DNA from: Acutalibacteraceae bacterium
GTDB lineage: Bacteria; Bacillota; Clostridia; Oscillospirales; Acutalibacteraceae
Reading direction: 5' to 3'
Length of the DNA stretch: 64,000 bases
Assembly: GCA_045598065.1 (NCBI GenBank)
Contig: JAZLLJ010000030.1
Span: 7,832 to 71,831 of the forward strand
Part shown: positions 9,122 to 16,359 of the stretch, piece by piece
How the letters are laid out: each line of letters begins with the position of its first letter
How positions within the stretch are numbered: the stretch's first letter is position 1
Program-made: the position numbers and the translations under genes
Notes under the pieces: generated by a model
Database searches by the model: none
What the model was told of the DNA's origin: nothing
The model's input: the letters and a program-made list of their open reading frames with translations, nothing else

Positions 9122-10603
9122 TTATTCTTCGTTCTTCGTTTTTTCTTTGTATTCAAGGCATAGCATAGTAATATCGTCAAACTGCGGCGCATCACCGACG
9201 AAGGCGTCAACATCCGCTTTGACTGCCGGAAGTAGGTCAGCGGGAGAGGCATCGGCGTTCTTCGTCAAGATCGCCTCCAACCGCTCCATTCCGTACAATT
9301 CGTTGTCGGCGTTGGTCGCTTCGGTGATACCGTCGGTGTATTGGAACAGTTTATCGCCCACGTCCAACCGGATAGCACCCGACTGGTATTTCATCTCTTC
9401 GATGCCGGCAAGCACAAACGCGGCTTTAATCTTGTACGGCTTAAACGTCTGCCCTTTTTTGCAAATAAACGGCATTTCGTGTCCCGCGTTGACAAAGCGG
9501 AATTCGCCCGTCCGCAAATTCAAAACACCCTCAAACGCGGTGACAAACAACCCCTCGCTGTTGGATTCGCAGAGCAATTCATTCACCTTGGTAAACACGT
9601 CGCCGAGGTCGTTGCCAATCATCGTGTGGTCTTTAATCAGCGTTTTGGCAATGACCATAAACAGCGCCGCCGGCACACCTTTGCCCGACACGTCCGCCAT
9701 CACGATGGCGAGGTGGTCGTCATCCACCATAAAGAAATCGTAAAAGTCACCGCCGACCTCTTTTGCAGGAATCATGCTGGCGTACAGTTCAATTTCATCG
9801 CGTTCCGGAAAAGCAGGGAAAATCCGCGGCAGCATATTGGCTTGGATAGTGGTGGCAAGACTTAATTCCGTTTCAATCCGCGATGCTTTTTTGGCGTTTT
9901 CCGATTGCATTTCAATCATCCGTTTGCCGCGGCTGGCGACGTAACGGCAACTGACCGAAAGCGCGAGGAAAATCAGACACCGCGGGATAAAATCGTTGAG
10001 GAACAAGCTTTTGATGTACGCGGCTTTATCAAATCCCGCATTCAAAACGGCATCGCGCAGCGTACTGTCTTGCAACACGGACAGTTCCGCGCCGTTCGGG
10101 AATTGCAGCATATTCAGGTTGATGATGCCGTAATACCCGTTGACAAAACTCGCCGCTGCAAACGCTATCGCCGTTACCCATGCGACGATGCGGGTGTATT
10201 TTTCGTCAAAATAGCGGGTGCTCACCACGACGGGGAACACCATGGCGAGCGTGACGTTGTGACCGAGCGTGGCGCTTAAAATGGCACACACCAAAATCAA
10301 ATCCACCATCAGCGGCACTTTAAGCCACTTTTTCGTGCCCACGTATTTGGAGTTGAGTACCGTGATGGGCAACTCGATAACGGTGGCGATGACGACCGCC
10401 CACCGCATAATGGTTTTATCGGCGGTAAACACACCGACCTCGTTGAGAATAAGACACAGCATCATAACGACCACGATAATCATCATCGTGGTACCCACCA
10501 TAACGTTGGCGGTAATTTCATTTGCCAAAAAAGCGTCGCCCGACGCAATCGCATTGTTCACCGCCTCGTGCATACGTTTTCTTGCAGATTTGGAACTCGG
10601 CAT
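9122..10603 (-). CDS. membrane-bound PP2C/SpoIIE-family serine phosphatase
   Basis: 493 aa. The N-terminal ~230 aa carry multiple hydrophobic helices. The C-terminal PPM domain has GGDFYDFF and ADVSGKGVPAALFM motifs. Strong RBS AAGGAGG 7 nt upstream of the ATG. Confidence 0.85.
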   Translation of the reverse strand: MPSSKSARKRMHEAVNNAIASGDAFLANEITANVMVGTTMMIIVVVMMLCLILNEVGVFTADKTIMRWAVVIATVIELPITVLNSKYVGTKKWLKVPLMVDLILVCAILSATLGHNVTLAMVFPVVVSTRYFDEKYTRIVAWVTAIAFAAASFVNGYYGIINLNMLQFPNGAELSVLQDSTLRDAVLNAGFDKAAYIKSLFLNDFIPRCLIFLALSVSCRYVASRGKRMIEMQSENAKKASRIETELSLATTIQANMLPRIFPAFPERDEIELYASMIPAKEVGGDFYDFFMVDDDHLAIVMADVSGKGVPAALFMVIAKTLIKDHTMIGNDLGDVFTKVNELLCESNSEGLFVTAFEGVLNLRTGEFRFVNAGHEMPFICKKGQTFKPYKIKAAFVLAGIEEMKYQSGAIRLDVGDKLFQYTDGITEATNADNELYGMERLEAILTKNADASPADLLPAVKADVDAFVGDAPQFDDITMLCLEYKEKTKNEE

Positions 10604-10629
10604 ACTGGTTCCTCCTTATGTTTTTTTAT

Positions 10630-10658
10630 ATAATAGCACATTTTTCCGTAACTTTCAA
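10630..10658 (-). promoter_or_regulatory. sigma-A-type promoter for the PP2C phosphatase gene
   Basis: On the minus strand: TTGAAA (10658-10653), 17-nt spacer, TGcTATTAT (10638-10630). Confidence 0.45.
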
Positions 10659-10840
10659 TACGAAAAGAAGAATATCATGGAAAAAGACTTGTCTTTCGAC
10701 AAGTCTTTTTCCATGATGCCGGTAGCCGGACAGCGACTCGCGCTCAGCGCTCGCTTGCATATGTTCCGCCACGCCAATCGCGCACGGCGCTCTTAGAGCG
10801 TCATGTATTGAACCTCCGGTTCTCATCCGGTTCTCGTGAC

Positions 10841-10879
10841 AAAAAAACTCCCCTTGAGGCGTTGCCCCAAGGAGAGTTT
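10841..10879 (-). terminator. rho-independent terminator after tRNA-Leu(GAG), usable in both directions
   Basis: Minus-strand reading AAAACTCTCCTTGG-loop-CAAGGGGAGTTTTTTT. A second palindromic hairpin GGAAAAAGACTTGTC-n4-GACAAGTCTTTTTCC lies at 10680-10713. Confidence 0.7.
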
Positions 10880-10963
10880 TGGTGCGCGAGACGGGACTTG
10901 AACCCGTACGTCGTCGACACACGCACCTCAAACGTGCCTGTCTGCCAGTTCCAGCACTCGCGC
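10880..10963 (-). tRNA. tRNA-Leu (anticodon GAG), class II with long variable arm, CCA encoded
   Basis: Hand-folded. Acceptor GCGCGAG/CTCGCGC, anticodon stem CACGT/GCGTG with loop TTGAGGT, T-arm ACGGG-TTCAAGT-CCCGT, 3-prime ACCA. Confidence 0.9.
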
Positions 10964-10976
10964 AAATGCAAGGTGT

Positions 10977-11005
10977 ATTATAACACCCGTTTTTCGGTCT
11001 GTCAA
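10977..11005 (-). promoter_or_regulatory. consensus sigma-A promoter driving tRNA-Leu(GAG)
   Basis: Minus strand TTGACA (11005-11000), 17-nt spacer, TATAAT (10982-10977). The tRNA 5-prime end is 13 nt downstream. Confidence 0.7.
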
Positions 11006-11093
11006 GCACTTTTCCCCTCTTTTTTATAAAAAAAGCAAAAAAATCCCGAGGATAGATATCCTCGGGATTTTGTCTTTTTGCCAAAGAAACGTT

Positions 11094-12371
11094 TTATGCC
11101 AAGGGGCTGCCGCATTCGGGGCAGAATTTCGCTCCACCGTCGGCTTTAGCGCCGCACTTCGGGCACACGCCGCCCTCCGGTTTTTTCGCGCCGCAGTTCT
11201 CGCAGAACTTGCCGCCGTTCACCTGACCGCAGGAGCAGGTCCAAGTACCTTGCGCCGCAGGTTTCGCTTTGCCGCATTCCGGGCAGAATTTGCCGGTAGC
11301 GGTCGCGCCGCATTCACATTTCCAACCGTCTGCCGGTTGTGCCGCAGCGGCCGCTTGTTTGTTTTGCTCGTTCATAGCGTAGAGGTTGCCGGCGTTAATA
11401 CCGGTCGCACCGGCGGCCATACCCATACCCATAAAGCCCATCATCGCGCCGTTTTCATTAGACGCGGCAGCTTTCATCGCTTCCGCCTGGGCGCCGGTAA
11501 GCGTACCGGCAGCCATACCCGGATCACGAAGCATACCGGCCTGTTGCGCCTGTTTGAGCATCGCGGCGTCTTCGTCGGTAAGAGAAATCGGATTCAGCGC
11601 GATAGACACGACTTTGATACCGCGTTTTTCGAGCCAATCACGAGTGAGTTCTTCGTTCATGTAATTACACATTTCTTTAGTGTGGCTCATCAGTTGGTTC
11701 GGGCGCAGTTCCAAATCGGACATACGGCCGATAACCGGCATCAGCGCGCTGATGAATTCGGTTTTCAGTTGCTCGTCAATCTCCGAGCGCATATACTCGC
11801 GTTCCACGTTGCCGCAGACGTTGGTGTAGAACAGAATCGGGTTTTCGAGCATATAGGAATACACACCGTTGCAACGAAGCGACATATCGATGTCGAGACC
11901 GATTTTGCTGTCCACCACGCGGAACGGAATGGGCGTCGGCGTGCCAAATTTGTTGTCGAGAATTTCTTTGGTGTTGAAGTAGTAGACACGCTGATCTTTC
12001 GCCGTGTCACCGCCATAGGTAAAACGTTTACCGATGGTCTTAAAGGTCTCCAAAATACCGGTACCGAGTTTGCCGGTAAAGATGCTCGGCTCGGTAGAGG
12101 TGTCATAGGTGAATTCACCCGGTTCGGCGCACACTTCCACGACTTTGCCCTGCTCGACGATGATCATGCACTGACCGTCGGCAACGGCGATACCGGAGCC
12201 GTTGGAAATGATGTTGTCGTTGCCCTTCGTGTTAGAAGAGCGGTTGCCGATTTGTTTTTGTCCTTTGACCACAAGCGTATCTTTAGAAAGCGCATCGCAG
12301 TAGAAAAATTCTTTCCATTGATCCGCCAAAGTGCCGCCGGCCGCACCGGCGATGGCTTTAATAAGTCCCAT
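11094..12371 (-). CDS. SPFH/Band-7-like (YdjI-type) protein with three C-terminal zinc ribbons
   Basis: 425 aa. The N-terminus MGLIKAIAGAAGGTLADQWKEFFYCDAL resembles the YdjI/virion-core-like SPFH family, followed by a Gly/Ala/Met-rich linker. The C-terminus has three CxC/CxxC...CxxC pairs (WKCECG..FCPECG, WTCSCG..FCENCG, CPKCG..FCPECG). Confidence 0.7.
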   Translation of the reverse strand: MGLIKAIAGAAGGTLADQWKEFFYCDALSKDTLVVKGQKQIGNRSSNTKGNDNIISNGSGIAVADGQCMIIVEQGKVVEVCAEPGEFTYDTSTEPSIFTGKLGTGILETFKTIGKRFTYGGDTAKDQRVYYFNTKEILDNKFGTPTPIPFRVVDSKIGLDIDMSLRCNGVYSYMLENPILFYTNVCGNVEREYMRSEIDEQLKTEFISALMPVIGRMSDLELRPNQLMSHTKEMCNYMNEELTRDWLEKRGIKVVSIALNPISLTDEDAAMLKQAQQAGMLRDPGMAAGTLTGAQAEAMKAAASNENGAMMGFMGMGMAAGATGINAGNLYAMNEQNKQAAAAAQPADGWKCECGATATGKFCPECGKAKPAAQGTWTCSCGQVNGGKFCENCGAKKPEGGVCPKCGAKADGGAKFCPECGSPLA

Positions 12372-12431
12372 AAGTAAAAATCCCCTTTCGAATGAGTATA
12401 CAAGGTATGTTATAAAAAGGCGTATGCCGTT

Positions 12432-12710
12432 TTACCGAAATAAATCGTCTGTCTTTTTGGAATACGGGTTTTTGTTCATCGTTTGGGGTTGCGGAGCGTT
12501 GCCTGCTTTGGAGGCAAGGCACAACAGCGCCACCGCCACCAAAATCCACAAAATCCACAATCCCACGGCGGCGGCTGTCCACCACAGCGACAGCCCGAAC
12601 AAAAAGTGGAGCACAAACAGCACCACCGCCGGGAAAAGCCACTGCAAATTCAGCGCCATGGTAAACAAAACTGAGGCCAAAAATCCGGTCGAATTGGAAC
12701 GTCGAAGCAT
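12432..12710 (-). CDS. small membrane protein (about 92 aa) upstream of the SPFH gene
   Basis: ORF 12432-12761. From the internal Met (MLRRSNSTGF...) it encodes three hydrophobic helices. It is co-directional and adjacent to the SPFH gene. No family recognised. Confidence 0.45.
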   Translation of the reverse strand: MLRRSNSTGFLASVLFTMALNLQWLFPAVVLFVLHFLFGLSLWWTAAAVGLWILWILVAVALLCLASKAGNAPQPQTMNKNPYSKKTDDLFR

Positions 12711-12764
12711 ATCGATTCCCCCATTCTTCGTCAGTATAACACATTTTCGAAAAAAAAGCAAGGA

Positions 12765-12799
12765 AAAATCCGCTTTCGATTTTTTCGAAAGCGGATTTT
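12765..12799 (-). terminator. rho-independent terminator after the 383-aa gene
   Basis: AAAAATCCGCTTTCGA-tttttt-CGAAAGCGGATTTT perfect hairpin with flanking T/A runs. Confidence 0.75.
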
Positions 12800-12820
12800 G
12801 ACCGTTTTAATCTGTTATGT

Positions 12821-13972
12821 TCAGAAATCCAGGGTTTCCGGCGCCTTCATTTCCTCGCCGTCCATTTTGAACTTCTCATCGATCTCTTTTGCAAAAAACT
12901 CTCCGTTTCCGAATTCCTCGCCGTCCAAAATGTTTTCAAGAGCCTTGACGTCTTCTTCCTTCAGCGGATTCAAAACGTTTTCGTCCTCATACATCACGCG
13001 GTCGTATTCCTCGGTCTCCCAAGGCTCCGGTTCCGGCTCCGGACCGGGATCTTTGCCGGTCTCCAAAATCACCTTTTCGCGGTCGGAAAGCGTGCCGAGG
13101 AATTTCTCGGTCAAATCATACTCCGTGATCTTGCCGGCGGCATAGTCATCCAGCATCCCGCGGTTGTTTTCGTCCATCTCGAACAGAAGCAGCCGATCGG
13201 CAAGCAATTCGTTGCCGAATTGCTCGGACATTCTGGCGGAAAACTCAAACATTTTTTCTTCGATTTCTTTCTGTGTTGCCTTTTGGGCAAAATCTTTGAA
13301 TTCCGGCCCGAGGTCTTCGCCGCTGTTGAGCTTGTTATAGAGGATTCCCGTGGCGATGGCAGCTCCAATACAAGAAGCCGTATTGTGTTTGTAGGTATCC
13401 AAGCCGGTTGACAGCATCGCGCGCTCATCGGCATCTATCGAATTGCCTTTCAAATCGTTCACGATATCGTCCTGTTTTTCGAGCAAACCCTTCAGCATAT
13501 CGCGCAGGCGATCCTGCACTCTGTCCAATTTGTCGAAAAAGCCTCGGTATTCCGCAACGGCTTCTTTGTTTTTAAGATGGTATTCGCGGTCATCGTTGCG
13601 GTCGGCTCTGTGCAAGTTTTGTTCGTACACTTTAGCCACTTTCTCACGGTCTTCCGTCAGTTGCTCCAGCATTTTCTGCTTTTTATCCGGCCACTTTTCG
13701 TTCAACAGCTTCGACTCTTTGTAGTCGTTATATTCTTCGTCCCCTTTTCCGTCTCCGAACAGCTTGTTCCACGCATTGCGGAAAAAGGCCGCAAGAGAAA
13801 ACGACACTTTCGGCGGGTCGTTTTGCTCGATCATTTTTTCGATATGATCCAGTTCATCTTTGTAGTTTTTTCCGGGATAATTGAGAAGACGATCGGAACG
13901 CTCTTGAATATCCTCAAACTGTTGATTCCAAATGTTCCGCTTTTGTTCGAAATCGACACTAAACTTCGGCAT
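12821..13972 (-). CDS. hypothetical acidic, helix-rich cytoplasmic protein (383 aa)
   Basis: Long ORF with RBS GGAGGTGG 4 nt upstream of the ATG. Very D/E/K rich with a PEPEPEP linker. No TM segment and no recognised motif. Confidence 0.6.
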   Translation of the reverse strand: MPKFSVDFEQKRNIWNQQFEDIQERSDRLLNYPGKNYKDELDHIEKMIEQNDPPKVSFSLAAFFRNAWNKLFGDGKGDEEYNDYKESKLLNEKWPDKKQKMLEQLTEDREKVAKVYEQNLHRADRNDDREYHLKNKEAVAEYRGFFDKLDRVQDRLRDMLKGLLEKQDDIVNDLKGNSIDADERAMLSTGLDTYKHNTASCIGAAIATGILYNKLNSGEDLGPEFKDFAQKATQKEIEEKMFEFSARMSEQFGNELLADRLLLFEMDENNRGMLDDYAAGKITEYDLTEKFLGTLSDREKVILETGKDPGPEPEPEPWETEEYDRVMYEDENVLNPLKEEDVKALENILDGEEFGNGEFFAKEIDEKFKMDGEEMKAPETLDF

Positions 13973-14029
13973 AACGCCACCTCCGATTTTGATAAACTCA
14001 ATAATAATACCGCTATACGCGGGAAAAAG

Positions 14030-16117
14030 TTACGTGGCTGGCGAATGGTTCTCGTCCGCGACTCCATCGGTGTCAGTGTACACTTTTTTTCCTAAAAGCG
14101 CACATCCGGAAACTCCGAATTGCTTCATTTCAGGGTATTTTTTGTAATCGATATACGGTGTGCCGCAATGGGGACAGTTAAACGAGTTGTAATATCGGAA
14201 TGTTTTTCCATCCACCGTACGTGTCCAAATGTCTTTATCGATTTCGTACTCAGTAATTCTGCACACGTCCAACCCGTCATCCGAATACGCAACGTCTTCT
14301 TGTACCATATAGAAGGCATAGCCATAGAAGGTAAACGAGCGTTTGCACTCCGGACAAATACCGATCAACCGCACGTTGGAAGGCGTGGTGGATCCCGGAT
14401 ACTTCAATCCTTTCGACACGAGATCGCGCCCCCGCACTTGCTCATAGGACTCTGTTTCCTCCGCGCCGTTGCAGGAAAGACAAAATCCTTCCATGCGATA
14501 ACCGATATCCTGTAACGTCATCGCACATTCTTCTTCGGTGTCGGAGATAAATCCGTCAATTTGGAACGCAATAAAGGACGACTCATTCTGAGATTGGGTA
14601 AAGTGCATTCTCACGGAAATATGGAAATATTTCCCGCTGAAATCCTCTTCGTCCTCTGTCTGCAAGCAGAAACTTCTCACCAACTGATCATTACCGTACA
14701 CGCAGATCGTGGGCGTTTTCTCGGAAAGGAGAATGGCCTCATTTTTTTCGTATACATCTTCGTTGAGATGATTGCATTTCCAATCAATCAAAGCATCGGG
14801 ATGGAAATGCACTTCCGTTCCCTTAATGGCAATCGGCTCTGCGACGGCTTTTTCTTCATTCTGTTGCGTCCTGCGTTCCTCAAAGCAATGATACAAATAG
14901 TTTCGGAAAGAGATAATGTTCTCGATGTTCAGTTTTCCGGATGCGAAAAGGATATGATTGCCCAGCAACGTCCACGCCTTTATCAACTCCACATCCGAGG
15001 CGGCAGCCACTTTTTCCTCCACACGCGACGTTTTGGTTGCTCCCAACAAATCGTTCATGACAAGCGTGATCGTCGCCGTTGCAACATATATTCCGTTAGC
15101 GATATCTTCTTTCGTTTCCCCTCTCAGGGTTCCTTCCGCTCGTTCTTTCTCATAATCACTCCATATCGCTTCAACGAAAACTCTTAACGGACCAAGATCC
15201 ACCACAGGCGAAAGCGCTGTCAGTTCTTCTTGGAAACCGTTGTAAAAAAGTGGCAATTTCGCAAACTCCGGCGCAAAAAAGTGACCGATTCTTCTCATTT
15301 TATACACATCGCCATCACTGTATGCATAGGACGGAATATCCAAGGTTTTCGAACCGGTAAGTTTGTTATATTTGATCCGCGCATACAGTATATCCTCAAG
15401 TCTGAACTTGTAAAGCGTGTCAAGGTTCTCTCGCGCTGTTCCTGATGTATCCCACACTACAAAGTAGTACATCAAAGTGATAAACGCGACAAAAATAAAC
15501 AATCCTCCTATGCCACTCAACCTTTGTTGGGGTCGAAAATCCGTTGTTTTGGCATTGAAGACCTCATAAGTCCTGCAATACGTCGTCTTGGGACCGGGCG
15601 CAGAATAGACAGCATACGGATCGACCGGTGTTTTGATTGAAGGCAAAGAATACGTTCTTTCCCGACGTTCCATTGTTCCGTAAAAAGTCTGCGTTACCGT
15701 TTCATTGTCTAAGTCAAAAAGCGCCTTTTTTACTTTTGCTTTTTCCTTGTCGGAAAAACATATATATCCCGTTGTGCCGTCCGGTGTCAAAAAGGTGAAA
15801 AATTGATTAACACCTGAACCTCCGACATTGTCGAGCAATTGCATTACTTCCAGTTTCATATAGTCCGACTTATTCTCGCTATACGGCACCGGCTTTTCAT
15901 GAAAGATAAAGGAAAGTCCCAAGAATACAACCGCCATAGCCGCCATTGCTCCTAAGATTATGTAGCGCAACCGACGGCTTTTTTTCATTTTTTCCATTCT
16001 CTTGATTTTTTTCTTCAGCTCTTCTTCGCTCTTGTCAAAAGATTGAATTGCTTTTTCGAGCATGGTAATCTCTTTTTTTAGATCCTTTCCCTTCTTTTTC
16101 TCGGAATCGCCTTTCAT
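14030..16117 (-). CDS. hypothetical membrane protein (695 aa) with a Cys-rich, zinc-ribbon-like C-terminus
   Basis: RBS GGGAGG upstream. N-terminal coiled-coil-like K/E stretch and two hydrophobic helices (around aa 50-72 and 205-225). C-terminal CPECKRS...CPHCGTPY pairs. About 40% GC by hand count of two lines. Confidence 0.6.
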   Translation of the reverse strand: MKGDSEKKKGKDLKKEITMLEKAIQSFDKSEEELKKKIKRMEKMKKSRRLRYIILGAMAAMAVVFLGLSFIFHEKPVPYSENKSDYMKLEVMQLLDNVGGSGVNQFFTFLTPDGTTGYICFSDKEKAKVKKALFDLDNETVTQTFYGTMERRERTYSLPSIKTPVDPYAVYSAPGPKTTYCRTYEVFNAKTTDFRPQQRLSGIGGLFIFVAFITLMYYFVVWDTSGTARENLDTLYKFRLEDILYARIKYNKLTGSKTLDIPSYAYSDGDVYKMRRIGHFFAPEFAKLPLFYNGFQEELTALSPVVDLGPLRVFVEAIWSDYEKERAEGTLRGETKEDIANGIYVATATITLVMNDLLGATKTSRVEEKVAAASDVELIKAWTLLGNHILFASGKLNIENIISFRNYLYHCFEERRTQQNEEKAVAEPIAIKGTEVHFHPDALIDWKCNHLNEDVYEKNEAILLSEKTPTICVYGNDQLVRSFCLQTEDEEDFSGKYFHISVRMHFTQSQNESSFIAFQIDGFISDTEEECAMTLQDIGYRMEGFCLSCNGAEETESYEQVRGRDLVSKGLKYPGSTTPSNVRLIGICPECKRSFTFYGYAFYMVQEDVAYSDDGLDVCRITEYEIDKDIWTRTVDGKTFRYYNSFNCPHCGTPYIDYKKYPEMKQFGVSGCALLGKKVYTDTDGVADENHSPAT

Positions 16118-16190
16118 TCTTTATCCTCCCATTCGCTTATCACTCGTTCGCAATACCTCTGTGGGCATTTTTGGAGTTCGGCTTATTCTA

Positions 16191-16230
16191 AAAATCCCGC
16201 CTTGCCCTATAAGGGGACAAAGCGGGATTT
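16191..16230 (-). terminator. rho-independent terminator after tRNA-Leu(TAG)
   Basis: AAAATCCCGC...GCGGGATTTT stem with an inner CCCT/AGGG pair, followed by a T-run on the minus strand. Confidence 0.65.
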
Positions 16231-16315
16231 TGGTGCGGATAACAGGGGTCGAACCTGCACGCCTTGCGGCACCGGATCCTAAATCCGGCGCGTCTGCCAA
16301 TTCCGCCATACCCGC
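16231..16315 (-). tRNA. tRNA-Leu (anticodon TAG), class II, CCA encoded
   Basis: Hand-folded. Anticodon stem CCGGA/TCCGG with loop TTTAGGA, T-arm GCAGG-TTCGACC-CCTGT, acceptor GCGGGTA/TATCCGC, 3-prime ACCA. Confidence 0.9.
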
Positions 16316-16359
16316 GTATCTCGCGTAAAGGTGTTGTCCTTTACGCGATGAAGTCGGAT

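Noticed and set aside
9122-10603. Sporulation phosphatase SpoIIE
   Set aside because: The PP2C domain is of the SpoIIE/RsbU type and yabP-yabR are in the window. But the protein is only 493 aa, against about 800 aa with 10 TM helices for SpoIIE, and it is not in the spoIIE synteny position. I therefore kept the generic call.
11070-12377. 435-aa ORF on the plus strand
   Set aside because: Antisense shadow of the SPFH/zinc-ribbon gene. The composition is low complexity (R/A/F/H rich) with no motif.
16321-16349. Hairpin TCGCGTAAAGG-n6-CCTTTACGCGA between valS and tRNA-Leu(TAG), as a terminator
   Set aside because: It has no T-run on the minus strand and the tRNA begins 5 nt later. It is more likely a processing or stability structure within a valS-tRNA co-transcript, and the support is too weak to list as a feature.
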